Positions 18,111 to 28,409 of a stretch of 64,000 bases of DNA are shown in pieces. The DNA is from Phycisphaerae bacterium. Its GTDB lineage: Bacteria > Planctomycetota > Phycisphaerae > UBA1845 > Fen-1342. How positions within the stretch are numbered: the first letter of the stretch is position 1; each line of letters begins with the position of its first letter. The notes beneath the pieces were generated by a model. The model worked only from the letters and a program-made list of their open reading frames with translations, made no database searches and was not told the DNA's origin. Position numbers and translations under genes: made by a program. The stretch covers positions 1 through 64,000 of the forward strand of contig JASFQK010000028.1 of NCBI GenBank assembly GCA_050115495.1, read 5' to 3'.

Positions 18111-20372
18111 CTACGCGCCAGCGTCCTCGCTGTCTTCCGCGTCGCCGGATTCCTCGGTGTCTTCCGCCGGCTGGGTCGTGGATTTCGCCTCTTCGTCCGT
18201 CTTCGCCGGCGCGGGGGCGATCTTGACGACGCGCGAGCGGGCCATGCGTTTGACGTTCAGCCGCAGCTCTTCCGTCGCCGACGAGATCAGCTTGCCGAAC
18301 GTCGCTGCGTCTGTCGCCGGTTCGTTGTTTACCTGCGTGACGATCTCAAACGGCTTCAGACCGGCGACCGACGCCCGCGAGCCGGGCTCGATCTTGCACA
18401 CGATCACACCCGGGTCGCCCTCCTCCAGCCGGAAGTACCGCCGTACCTCATACGTCAGGTCCTTCACCGTCAGGCCCAGCTCTTCCGACTTGAACCGCGG
18501 CGCGGTCCCGTAGTACGGCGGACTCTGCACGACGGTGAAATCGCGCGTCTCCTTCTTGCCGTCGTGGAAGAACTCCGCCTGAAACGCCCGCCCGAACCCC
18601 ATCTCCGTCAGCGCCTGCGTCAGCGTATTGTCGACCGACGGCCACGGCGCAGGGATTTCGTTGTAGTATTCCTCGGGCAGTTCATCCAGCCGATCCCATG
18701 GGAACGCCATCCCGTAGTAGTCTTCATCCGCCCGGACCGGTACCGGCTTCGGGTGGTCCGCCGGATGCAGTCGCACGAACACCCATCCCGGCTGCACACC
18801 CTTCTCTTCAGCGGGCGAGCCGGGATAGACGTACGAGACGATCGCCCCGGTGCTGCCGTTCTGCGTCAGGTCGGACACGCCGTGGGCCCGGGCCAGGTCG
18901 GCGTCGAGATTCTGCAACTCCACGCCGAGCCAGGCGATCCGGCTCTCTTCCTCTTCCGTCAGCGGCACATTGCTCGGGTCGGCGTTGGCGACCATATCCG
19001 CCAGCAGCGCGACCACCGGCGTCAACGGCGTGCACATCGGCCCGGTCCGCCCATACCAACGTGATTCCGTATTGGCGGGGGCGCGGACCTCGAGCGGAGC
19101 GGCGACCAACTTACCGGCGAGCGTAAACAGGTACAGGTTGTCCTCCCGTTGCGGCAACTCGGGGTAGATGTTGTGCTTGTGGGCAACGCGGAAGCTGGGA
19201 ATGCGCCCGGGGAGAAAACGCATGATGCACTCCTCGCCGTACACGTTGACCTCCACCGCCACCAACAGCCTGTTCCGCAGTTCGCGTAGATCGCCCTGCG
19301 CGATCTCCAGATTGGCCGACAGTGGCTCCTCAAGCTCGGCAACGAAACAACCATACTCGCGCAACGTATGCCCAAAGTGCGCGGCGACCTCTTCGCCGTC
19401 AGCCAAACGCACCTGGATGCGCTCCAGCCGGGCCGTGACCGCGGGCTTCAGTGTACCCAGGATGAGCAGTGTGCGTTCATCGCGGAGGATGCCGACCGTC
19501 TGCATCTCGGTGGCGGCCTCCTCATCGTCGTAGTTGCGGTAGTAGTCGCGCTGGGAGTCCTTCCTGGGGCTGCGGAACTTCAGCGTGACGTGCAGGATGT
19601 TCTGCTTGGCGATTCCCTCAACGTGCTTCAGGTGCTTCTCCATTTCCTCGGCGCTGCACGCCGGCCAGTCCGCCGGCGAGCCACGCCAGGCATCGGTCAA
19701 CGGCAGCTCGCCCGAAAGCGTCACGGCGACGGGCTGACCGGAGGCATCGACGATGACAGTGCTGCTGTCCACCTGGCGGAACTGGAGACCCGTGTCGCAG
19801 GTCACCACGACCCCGCTGAGCGACTTCATGCCGGCCCCCCAGGTCGCGTTGCTGAACTGGTAGCTGGCCACGAAGTAAGGCCCCTCCCGGCTGGCGTCGA
19901 ACGCAAACGGCTTCGCCGCCGACAGCGGGGCAGCAAGCTCCAGGACCAGACCGGGCTCTCGCTCGGTATAGGCGGCGGGCTTGGCGGAAACGACTTGGTC
20001 ACCCGCCCGCACCTCGATCTTCTCGATGAAACGCGGATGCAGCCCCGGGTCACGTACGAGGACCCGGTCCGGGCCGATCAGGTAGCCAGGGGCCTCGAGC
20101 GGACGCTGCTCGCGAATGACTTCCTCCGCGTCGAAGTAGCTGCGATGGAAGCCGAAGTTCGGCATGTGCTCCATCCAGCCGCCGCTGCCGGGCGCCTCGC
20201 CCTGGTCATACTTCAGTGTGAACTCGACGCGGACGAAGCCCGGCAGCAGGCCTTCCAGAACCTGCACCTGCTGGGCGGGGGTAAGGTCCGGCCCATCGGC
20301 GCGGACCGTCAGACTGGCGACGCCGACCACACAGGCGGCGACGGCCAGAAGCGATGCGGACATCTTGAACAT
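18111..20372 (-). CDS. Secreted PDZ-domain protein with degenerate trypsin-like domains
   Basis: Signal peptide; WLGVELQ...VYPGSPA and LGLTVKDL...IEPGSRASVAGL PDZ motifs; no GNSGG. Confidence 0.75.
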   Translation of the reverse strand: MFKMSASLLAVAACVVGVASLTVRADGPDLTPAQQVQVLEGLLPGFVRVEFTLKYDQGEAPGSGGWMEHMPNFGFHRSYFDAEEVIREQRPLEAPGYLIGPDRVLVRDPGLHPRFIEKIEVRAGDQVVSAKPAAYTEREPGLVLELAAPLSAAKPFAFDASREGPYFVASYQFSNATWGAGMKSLSGVVVTCDTGLQFRQVDSSTVIVDASGQPVAVTLSGELPLTDAWRGSPADWPACSAEEMEKHLKHVEGIAKQNILHVTLKFRSPRKDSQRDYYRNYDDEEAATEMQTVGILRDERTLLILGTLKPAVTARLERIQVRLADGEEVAAHFGHTLREYGCFVAELEEPLSANLEIAQGDLRELRNRLLVAVEVNVYGEECIMRFLPGRIPSFRVAHKHNIYPELPQREDNLYLFTLAGKLVAAPLEVRAPANTESRWYGRTGPMCTPLTPVVALLADMVANADPSNVPLTEEEESRIAWLGVELQNLDADLARAHGVSDLTQNGSTGAIVSYVYPGSPAEEKGVQPGWVFVRLHPADHPKPVPVRADEDYYGMAFPWDRLDELPEEYYNEIPAPWPSVDNTLTQALTEMGFGRAFQAEFFHDGKKETRDFTVVQSPPYYGTAPRFKSEELGLTVKDLTYEVRRYFRLEEGDPGVIVCKIEPGSRASVAGLKPFEIVTQVNNEPATDAATFGKLISSATEELRLNVKRMARSRVVKIAPAPAKTDEEAKSTTQPAEDTEESGDAEDSEDAGA

Positions 20373-20391
20373 ACTCGACTTCCTCCCTTTG

Positions 20392-21834
20392 TTACTCACG
20401 TTCGTAATCGCGCGCAAAATCCAGTACTACCTGACGTTGCAGTCCGTTTCGCATGACCGTCAGCACGACGCGGTGGTTCGTGGCGATGTCAGCCAACGCC
20501 GCCTCGTGCCGTTCCTGCACATCCGCCAGGGTGACCACGTCGTGGCCATCGATCGCCAACAGAATGTCGTTCTCGGCCAGCCGGGCCGACGAGGCGTTGC
20601 CGGGGTGCTTCAACCCGAAGATGAACACGCCCTCTTTTCGGTAGAAGTACTGCGCCGGCGTGTCGAACTGGTTGATCGCCTTGACCGTCATGTCCCAGCG
20701 CTTGCAGTCGTACTCCTCGCCCTCGACCTTGCCCTTCGCCCGCGGCGTAACGCTGATCTCCAGCCGCTCGTCGCCGCGCTGCACCTCGAGCTTCACCGGC
20801 TCGTCCTTCGGCAGCAGGCCCAGCCAGCTCCGCACCGCCGGCAGATCCTCTTCCGTCATGGCGGTGAGCGGCTTGCCATTGGCGCTGAGGATGCGGTCGC
20901 GCGGTAACAGGCCCGCGTGCCGCGCCGGGCTCTCCGGATCGGTGCCGGAGACGATGACGCCGGCATCGCCCTCGAAGTACGTGTTGCGGTTGAAGTCACG
21001 CAGCGGCTGGAGTTGAAGCCCGTACCAGGTCCAGTTCACGAAGCCGTGCTCGCGGATGCTGTCGATGATGATCCGCACCGTCTCCGCGGGAATCGCGAAC
21101 CCCAGGTCCCCGCCGACGGTGTAGCCGCGGGCCGTGATGCCCACGACCTCGCCGACCGTGTTCACCAACGGCCCACCCGAGTTACCCGGGCTGATCGCGC
21201 AGTCGCTTTGCAGCCACAGACTGTACTCGCTGTTTTCCGGCAGGTAGCGCCGCGTGCACGACACGATGCCGATGGACACGCTCCGGCTCAGCCCCCACGG
21301 CGCCCCCATGGCCATGACAAAATCGCCCTCGACCAGCGCCGTCGAATCGCCCAGCACCGCGTGCGGCAGCGACGTGCCGGGCGGCAGCTTCAGCCGTAGC
21401 AGGGCCAGGTCGGTGTCCTTGTCCGTACCGATCAGGTCGGCTTCGGTCGCCCGCCCGTCATACAGGAGGCAACGAATCTCGATTGCCTTGTCTACCACGT
21501 GCCAGTTCGTGATCAGCTCCCCGTCCGCGGAGATGAGCACGCCGCTGCCCGACACTTCGTTGGATTCCTTCCGCCCCCCTTCCAGGTTCTCCCGAATGCA
21601 CTTGACGAACACCACCGCCGGGAAGACCCGGTCCTTGGCGGCCCGCACAACTCGGCGGAAATCGACGTCCGGCAGGCCTTTGGCGCCGCCACGGGTCCCC
21701 TGTTCAGCCCTCGCCGACGCTGCCGCGCCACCGCCTGGGCTCGTTGGTGGCGTCCCGGTTGACTGCGCCACCGCCAGTGCCGTCGCAATCGGCAACGCCA
21801 GTGCGATCCATAGGTATTGAACTCGCTGTCTCAC
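20392..21834 (-). CDS. HtrA/DegP-like serine protease with two PDZ domains
   Basis: GSGVLI, TNWHV, DTDLAL, ISPGNSGGPL triad motifs. Confidence 0.92.
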   Translation of the reverse strand: MRQRVQYLWIALALPIATALAVAQSTGTPPTSPGGGAAASARAEQGTRGGAKGLPDVDFRRVVRAAKDRVFPAVVFVKCIRENLEGGRKESNEVSGSGVLISADGELITNWHVVDKAIEIRCLLYDGRATEADLIGTDKDTDLALLRLKLPPGTSLPHAVLGDSTALVEGDFVMAMGAPWGLSRSVSIGIVSCTRRYLPENSEYSLWLQSDCAISPGNSGGPLVNTVGEVVGITARGYTVGGDLGFAIPAETVRIIIDSIREHGFVNWTWYGLQLQPLRDFNRNTYFEGDAGVIVSGTDPESPARHAGLLPRDRILSANGKPLTAMTEEDLPAVRSWLGLLPKDEPVKLEVQRGDERLEISVTPRAKGKVEGEEYDCKRWDMTVKAINQFDTPAQYFYRKEGVFIFGLKHPGNASSARLAENDILLAIDGHDVVTLADVQERHEAALADIATNHRVVLTVMRNGLQRQVVLDFARDYERE

Positions 21835-22602
21835 TAATGAACCTCCCACCACTAGAACCCCGCTCACGCCCCCGGTACATCACCGGCCGGCTGCCAACAC
21901 GCAGCGGACATCGTCCGGCTCGGGCATCCCCGCCCGCCGGCGGGCAGCATGATACCCAGCCGCCGCCATTCCGTCGACTGCCAACAGGCCGTCCGCACGC
22001 CGTTACACTCCCGAGACACCCTTCACCACCAAACGTCGCGCGTCAGCATTCGAGCCGATAGTCGTGCACCGCACTCTTGTGAAGCAGACCAAGACACGCC
22101 CAACGACAACGATTCTCAACCACATTGGAAAGAAGCTCATGACCACCGTGTCCGATGGTCGTCTCGCTCGTTTATACGCCGTGTTACGCTCCGCGGTGCG
22201 TGATTCGCCGGAGTTCTTCACGACGCCCCGTGTCCTGGTCGTCCCCCCGACTACCCCAAGACCATGGCCCCGGCGGCCGCCTCCCCCCCAACATCCGCCA
22301 CCCCCGCCGGACGAAGCCGCGAACCGCGCGCAGCTGAACCCTCGCCCGCGGCGGCTTCGCACAGCAACGCGACGAAGTCCGTCGTTCGTGGCGAAATGGC
22401 CCGCATTCTGTTACCGCGTCACGTGCGCCGTGATGCAACAACCCACGACGCACGGCAATTCACCTTCCTGAGTAACGCAGCCGATCTCTGGAGTGCTCGT
22501 TGTGCACTCTTGAGGGACCCGGGTGGATGCAATGTGTTCTGGGGCGCAAGCCACACCACCATACGTACACCAATTCCTGTGTTTGATTACGGGAGACGCG
22601 TG

Positions 22603-24585
22603 ATGAGTACGAACCGCCAGTGGACGATTGGACGCAAACTGCTCGCCACCTTCCTCTTTGTTAGCGCGATCACCGCCACGCTGGGAACTGTGGGCTACTA
22701 CGCGGTCTACACTGGTAACAACGCCATCCAGGAGATCGGCAGCGTCCGCCTGCCGAGCATTGACGCCCTGCTCACCATCAAGGAAGGTGCCGAGAACCTG
22801 CGCGGCTCGTTGCGCACGCTGGGTATCTCCAGCCTGGGGGCCGACTCACGCCAGCGCCAATACAACAACCTCGCCGTCGCCAACACCGAGTGTGAGGAGG
22901 CCCGGAAAGTCTACGAGTCGCTGCCCCACTCCGCCGAGGAGACGCAGCGCTGGAGCCAGTTCGTCGCCGCCTGGGACGCCTGGCACGTCGAGGCCAACAA
23001 GGCCCTCGATCTAGCCAAAGCCTTTGACAAGATCAACATCAAGAGCCCGGCAATCCTCCAGGAGGAGCTCCAGGATGTGCGCGGTAGCGTGTGGAAATCC
23101 ATCGCCACCTTCACCAAGCTGGCCAAGGTCGGCGAGGAGCCGACCGAGAGCGAGACTGTGCGCACGATCCTCGCCAAGGACGCCACCAATCCCTTCGACG
23201 GCATCCAGACGACCAACACCGAGATGCAACAGGAACTCCGCGACCTGCGCAGTTCCTATGAAGCTCTCGCCGGCACCGCCAAGCACATCCGCTCCCTGCT
23301 GGCCGCCGGCAACCGAGACGAGGCTGTCCGCGAGTTCGACGAGAAGTTCCACCCGTCAGCCATGGCTATCGTCGAGGCCATGCGCCCCATGCGTGCCGAG
23401 GCCGACAAAGCCCTCGTCCTCCTCCAGCAGATCGAGCAACAGCTCCTCGGCCCGGTGACGGATCAGCAGCGCGTCACCGAGAGCCTGCTCGAAGAGGTCG
23501 CCCAGATCAACCGCCGCGACGCCCAGCAGATTGCCGCCGACACCCAGAAGCAATCCGCCACGCTGAAGCTCGTCTCGCTCGTCGCCGCCATCGTCGGCGT
23601 GCTCGCTTCGCTCGTCCTCGGCGTGATCATCACCCGCGGCATCAATCGCAACCTGACGCAGGTCGCCACCCAGTTGGGCGAGGGGGCCAGCCAGGTGAAC
23701 GACGCGGCGTCGCAGGTGTCCTCGGCGTCTCAGCAGCTCGCCGAGGGAGCCAGCGAACAGGCTTCATCCCTTGAAGAGACCTCCAGCGCCCTCGAGGAAA
23801 TGGCGGCCATGACCCGCACCAACGCCGAGAACTGCCGCCAGGCCAACGACCTCGCCGACCGCAGCCGCGAGGCCGCCACCGAGGGCGACCAGAGCATGGT
23901 CAAGCTCAACGAGGCCATGACCGGCATCAACGAATCCTCCGACAAGATCAGCAAGATCATCAAGGTCATCGAGGAGATCGCCTTCCAGACCAACCTGCTC
24001 GCCCTCAACGCCGCCGTCGAAGCGGCCCGTGCCGGCGAGCAGGGCAAGGGCTTCGCCGTCGTCGCCGACGAGGTGCGCAACCTGGCCATGCGCGCCGCCA
24101 CGGCCGCCAAGGAGACCACCGAACTCATCGAAGACGCCGTCCAGCGGGCCCAGCAGGGTACCAGCGTCGCCGAGGAAGTCGGCCGCTCTCTGAGCGTCAT
24201 CACCGATCAGACGGGCAAGGTTTCCGTCCTGATCAACGGCATCTCCCGCGCCAGCGAGGAGCAGGCCCAGGGCGTCGAGCAGGTCAACATCGCCGTTTCC
24301 CAGATGGACAAGGTAACCCAGCAGAACGCCGCCGGCGCCGAGGAATCCGCCAGCGCCGCCGAGCAGCTCAGCGCCCAGTCGCAGACGCTCAACGGCATCG
24401 TGCACAGCCTGCTGGCCCTGGTCGGCGGTGCCGCCCAGCAATCCGGCCTCGGAACCGGCGGCTCTCCGCGCACTCACCGTCGCTCATCGCCCAACGTAGC
24501 CGCGTCGTCGGCACCGGTCGGGAACCACGCCTCGCGTAAGGCGGATTCGACGTCGGCCGAAATGAACAATCTCGATCAGTTCTGA
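22603..24585 (+). CDS. Methyl-accepting chemotaxis protein with helical-bundle sensor
   Basis: Two TM helices; [37 protein letters not shown]. Confidence 0.95.
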   Translation: MSTNRQWTIGRKLLATFLFVSAITATLGTVGYYAVYTGNNAIQEIGSVRLPSIDALLTIKEGAENLRGSLRTLGISSLGADSRQRQYNNLAVANTECEEARKVYESLPHSAEETQRWSQFVAAWDAWHVEANKALDLAKAFDKINIKSPAILQEELQDVRGSVWKSIATFTKLAKVGEEPTESETVRTILAKDATNPFDGIQTTNTEMQQELRDLRSSYEALAGTAKHIRSLLAAGNRDEAVREFDEKFHPSAMAIVEAMRPMRAEADKALVLLQQIEQQLLGPVTDQQRVTESLLEEVAQINRRDAQQIAADTQKQSATLKLVSLVAAIVGVLASLVLGVIITRGINRNLTQVATQLGEGASQVNDAASQVSSASQQLAEGASEQASSLEETSSALEEMAAMTRTNAENCRQANDLADRSREAATEGDQSMVKLNEAMTGINESSDKISKIIKVIEEIAFQTNLLALNAAVEAARAGEQGKGFAVVADEVRNLAMRAATAAKETTELIEDAVQRAQQGTSVAEEVGRSLSVITDQTGKVSVLINGISRASEEQAQGVEQVNIAVSQMDKVTQQNAAGAEESASAAEQLSAQSQTLNGIVHSLLALVGGAAQQSGLGTGGSPRTHRRSSPNVAASSAPVGNHASRKADSTSAEMNNLDQF

Positions 24586-25198
24586 TTCCTCAAGACGCCA
24601 AGCCTCGTTGTCGTTGAGGCCGGCATCGAGCCCGAGCTGTGCAGGACACCGGTCCTTCCAGCTCGGGCTCTTGCCCGTCGCCTCCGCCAGCCCGCCGCGA
24701 GCAGCAGGCGTGGTGCACGCTTGATCCCGGTCGCCCCGAACACCGCGATAACAGGAAATCCAGGCACTTCAATGCCCCCATAGTGCCATCGCGGCCCCCA
24801 GCCCGCGCTCGACATGCGTGCTTGCGTACACAGCGTATGACAGCTGCGCGATGTCTAGTTCTCCATATCAGGGCAGACGCCCTCGCGTAGCGCAGTCGAG
24901 ACGCTAATTGTGCCCTGTTCTACTCACGACACGGCGTGTCCGAACCGATGTGTCGCCCAGGGTAGCGTGGCCTGCGCGAGCGATCCAACCAGCTTCGGCC
25001 TACACGACGGAGGCCACCCTCCCAGACCAGGCTGAGTATCGCATCGCCCGTTCTCGTCCGCTCACCTGACGATACTGCGTTCAGGTATCGCGATGTGAAC
25101 CGGCAACCACAACAAGGGGCACCAGTGGGAGTCTGTTGCCGCGCCAGGGGACATCGGTGGGCATCTGCACATGGGGTCAGTAACACGGGAGAACACCA

Positions 25199-28100
25199 AT
25201 GAAGTCGTTGTCCAGGCTCAGCTTGAAGATGAAGCTCGTTTCCGTCTTCCTCATCTGCGGTTTGACGCCGCTGGGCGTCATGGCGATCTTCAGCTACCGC
25301 ACCGCCAGCAAGGGCATGGACACCCTGGCAATCGAGGGGGAGACCGGCCTCACCGAGCGGGCCACCGAGCAGCTTGTGGCTCTGCGGGATGTGAAGAAAG
25401 CGCAAATCGAGAGGTACTTCGCGGAACGCCGAGGTGACATGACCGCTCTGGTGGAGACGGTCAGCACGCTCCGGCAGGAGGCCTTCGAGAAGCTGCGAGC
25501 CAACCGTGACGTCAAGCGGGCCGCCGTCGAACGCTACTTCCAGTCCATCCATGACCAGATCCTCACGTTCTCCGAGGACCAGATGGTCATCGACACCATG
25601 CGCGGCTTGAGCCAGGCGTTCGGCAACTACCGAACGGAAACGCAGATCGGCGAGCAGGCCGCCGGCCAGCAGCGCGACGAGCTGCGCACGTACTACACCG
25701 GGGACTTCGCCGCCGAATACCGCGAGCAGAACGAAGGCCAATCGCCGCCGGTCGAACAGTACCTCACGCGGCTCGACGACGACTCGGTCGCCCTGCAACA
25801 CGCCTACATTCGCACCAACCCGAACCCGCTCGGCTCAAAGCACCTGATGGATCGGGCCCCGGACGAGTCGAGCTACAGCAAAGTGCACGGCCACGTACAT
25901 CCGATCGTGCGCAACTACCTGGAGAAGTTCGGGTATTACGACATCTTCCTGGTCGATTCCGAGACGGGCCACGTTGTCTACTCAGTCTTCAAGGAACTGG
26001 ATTTCGGCACGTCGCTGATCGACGGACCTTATGCCAACACGAACTTCGGCGAGGCCTTCCGGGCCGCCAACGCGGCGACGGATGGCAGCACCGTGATCCT
26101 GGCGGACTACGCCCAGTACGCACCGTCGTACGAAGCCCCGGCGAGCTTCATCGCCTCACCGATCTACGACGGCCAGGAGAAGGTCGGCGTAGCCGTGTTC
26201 CAGATGCCCATCGACCGCCTGAACGCCATCATGGGTGAGCGTTCCGGCCTGGGCGAAACGGGCGAAACGTACCTCGTGGGCCCCGACCAGCTCATGCGGT
26301 CGGACTCTTTCCTCGATCCCGACCGCCACAGCGTGGTCAACTCATTCCGCAAACCGGACCAGGGCAAGGTGGACACGACCGCCACCCGCGCCTGCCTAAC
26401 GGGACAGTCGGGCGCCGAGGTCGTCATCGACTACAACGGCAATCCCGTGCTCAGCGCCTACTGTCCAATACAGGTTGGCAACCGAACCTGGGGGCTGCTG
26501 GCGGAAATCGACGTCGCCGAGGCTTTCTGTCCCAAGGACGCCAGCGGCGAGTACTTCTTCAAGAAGTACGTCGAGACGTACGGCTACTATGACCTGTTCC
26601 TGCTGAATCCCGACGGCTACTGCTTCTACACCGTCTGTCACGAAGCGGACTACCAGACCAACCTCGTCAGCGGCAAGTACGCCGACTCCGGCCTCGGCTC
26701 GGTCGTCCACCAGGCGCTTCAGAACGGGCAGTTCGGCTTCGCCGACTTCCAGCCGTACGCCCCCAGCAACGGCACGCCGGCGGCCTTCATCGCCCAGCCG
26801 GTCATCGACCACGGCACCACGCAGGTCGTCGTTGCCCTGCAACTGCCACTCGAGGGCATCAATGACATTATGTCGCTGCGCAGCGGCATGGGCGAAACAG
26901 GTGAGACGTACCTCGTCGGACCCGACAAGCTGATGCGGTCGGATTCGTACCTCGATCCGACGCACCATTCCGTCGTGGCCTCGTTCCAGAACCCCGGCCG
27001 CGGCGCCGTGGATACGGAGAGCACGCAGGCGGCGCTGGCCGGCGACGCGGCGGCCAGAATCATCATTGACTACAACGGCAACCCCGTGCTCAGTGCGTTT
27101 GCCCCGGTGGACGTCCTTGGCGTTCGCTGGGCGCTTATCGCCGAGATCGACGAGGCCGAGGCCCTCGCCGCTGTGAAGAGCATGCGTGCCACCGCCGCAG
27201 CGGTCGGCACCAGCCTGATGACCTGGGTCGCCGCGATCGCCGGCATCGCCGGCGTCCTGGTGACCATCGTCAGCCTCATCGTCGCCCGGGGCATCACCCG
27301 CCCGTTTCAGGCCATCTTCCGCGGCCTGAAGAGCTTCAGCACGCATGAGCTGCGCGCGACGTCGCGCGCGTTCAACGAGATCATCGACGGCATGGGCGAC
27401 AGCGTCGAGCAGGTCAGCGATGCGGCGGGGCAGGTCTCCTCGGCATCACAACAGCTCGCCGAAGGCGCCAGCGAACAGGCCTCGTCGCTCGAAGAGACGT
27501 CGAGCGCCCTGGAGGAAATGGCGGCCATGACCCGCACGAACGCGTCCAACGCCATGCAGGCCGCCGACCTGGCCAACGATGCCAGCGGTGCCGCCAACCA
27601 CGGCGAGCAGACCATGGGCGCCATCAACGAGTCGTCCGATCAGATCAGCCGGATCATCAAGGTGATCGAGGAAATCGCCTTCCAGACCAACCTGCTGGCT
27701 CTCAATGCCGCGGTAGAGGCCGCCCGCGCCGGCGAACACGGCAAGGGCTTCGCCGTCGTCGCGGAGGAGGTCCGCCACCTGGCGCAGCGCTCCTCGCAGG
27801 CGGCCCGCGAGACCACCGACCTCATCAGCAGTTCCGTCGGCCGAGCACGCGAAGGCACGGAAGCCATCGAGACGATTGTCGGCGCCGTCTCCAAGGTCAA
27901 TGATCTGCTCAGCGGCATCGCCCAGGCCTCGCAGGAGCAGGCCCAGGGTGTCGAGCAGATCAACACCGCCGTGAACCAGATGGACAAGGTGACCCAGCAG
28001 AACGCCGCCGGCGCGGAGGAGTCGGCGTCGGCCGCCGAGGAACTCAGCGCCCAGGCCACGGCCACCGCCGGCCTGGTTGGCAAACTGGTCGTGATGATCC

Positions 28101-28297
28101 GCGGCGAGGGCGCGCAGACCACTGCCAGCCGTTCCGAGCGTCGGCCCGCCGCCGCAGCTCCGCGCACGCCTCCGGCGGCGTCTCGGTCCGCCGGTCCCCC
28201 GCGATGCCGCAGCAACGATGCCGAACCGGCCACCGCTGCGACCCGCCCCGTCGACGGTGCGCCGGCAAACGACAACGGCGGCCCACACGACTTCTAA
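25199..28297 (+). CDS. Methyl-accepting chemotaxis protein with duplicated Cache-type sensor
   Basis: [18 protein letters not shown] and [10 protein letters not shown] occur twice; MCP hairpin tip motif. Confidence 0.95.
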   Translation: MKSLSRLSLKMKLVSVFLICGLTPLGVMAIFSYRTASKGMDTLAIEGETGLTERATEQLVALRDVKKAQIERYFAERRGDMTALVETVSTLRQEAFEKLRANRDVKRAAVERYFQSIHDQILTFSEDQMVIDTMRGLSQAFGNYRTETQIGEQAAGQQRDELRTYYTGDFAAEYREQNEGQSPPVEQYLTRLDDDSVALQHAYIRTNPNPLGSKHLMDRAPDESSYSKVHGHVHPIVRNYLEKFGYYDIFLVDSETGHVVYSVFKELDFGTSLIDGPYANTNFGEAFRAANAATDGSTVILADYAQYAPSYEAPASFIASPIYDGQEKVGVAVFQMPIDRLNAIMGERSGLGETGETYLVGPDQLMRSDSFLDPDRHSVVNSFRKPDQGKVDTTATRACLTGQSGAEVVIDYNGNPVLSAYCPIQVGNRTWGLLAEIDVAEAFCPKDASGEYFFKKYVETYGYYDLFLLNPDGYCFYTVCHEADYQTNLVSGKYADSGLGSVVHQALQNGQFGFADFQPYAPSNGTPAAFIAQPVIDHGTTQVVVALQLPLEGINDIMSLRSGMGETGETYLVGPDKLMRSDSYLDPTHHSVVASFQNPGRGAVDTESTQAALAGDAAARIIIDYNGNPVLSAFAPVDVLGVRWALIAEIDEAEALAAVKSMRATAAAVGTSLMTWVAAIAGIAGVLVTIVSLIVARGITRPFQAIFRGLKSFSTHELRATSRAFNEIIDGMGDSVEQVSDAAGQVSSASQQLAEGASEQASSLEETSSALEEMAAMTRTNASNAMQAADLANDASGAANHGEQTMGAINESSDQISRIIKVIEEIAFQTNLLALNAAVEAARAGEHGKGFAVVAEEVRHLAQRSSQAARETTDLISSSVGRAREGTEAIETIVGAVSKVNDLLSGIAQASQEQAQGVEQINTAVNQMDKVTQQNAAGAEESASAAEELSAQATATAGLVGKLVVMIRGEGAQTTASRSERRPAAAAPRTPPAASRSAGPPRCRSNDAEPATAATRPVDGAPANDNGGPHDF

Positions 28298-28409
28298 TCC
28301 GCCGGCGGCCGGCGAACGCACCGCTGCCGCCGGTTCCACGGACGATCGCTGCCCAGCGGGGCGGCACGGCACTCCGAGCCGTCGCCGCCCCGCTCGGCGT
28401 CCCGGCAGC

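Noticed and set aside
22064..22471. Pro-rich ORF upstream of MCP1
   Set aside because: Low complexity, no recognisable motif and overlapping alternative frames; it cannot be supported as a gene.
22455..22490. sigma28-type promoter (GCCGAT) upstream of the first MCP
   Set aside because: The -10 box is plausible but the -35 box is poor, and GCCGAT is frequent in GC-rich DNA.
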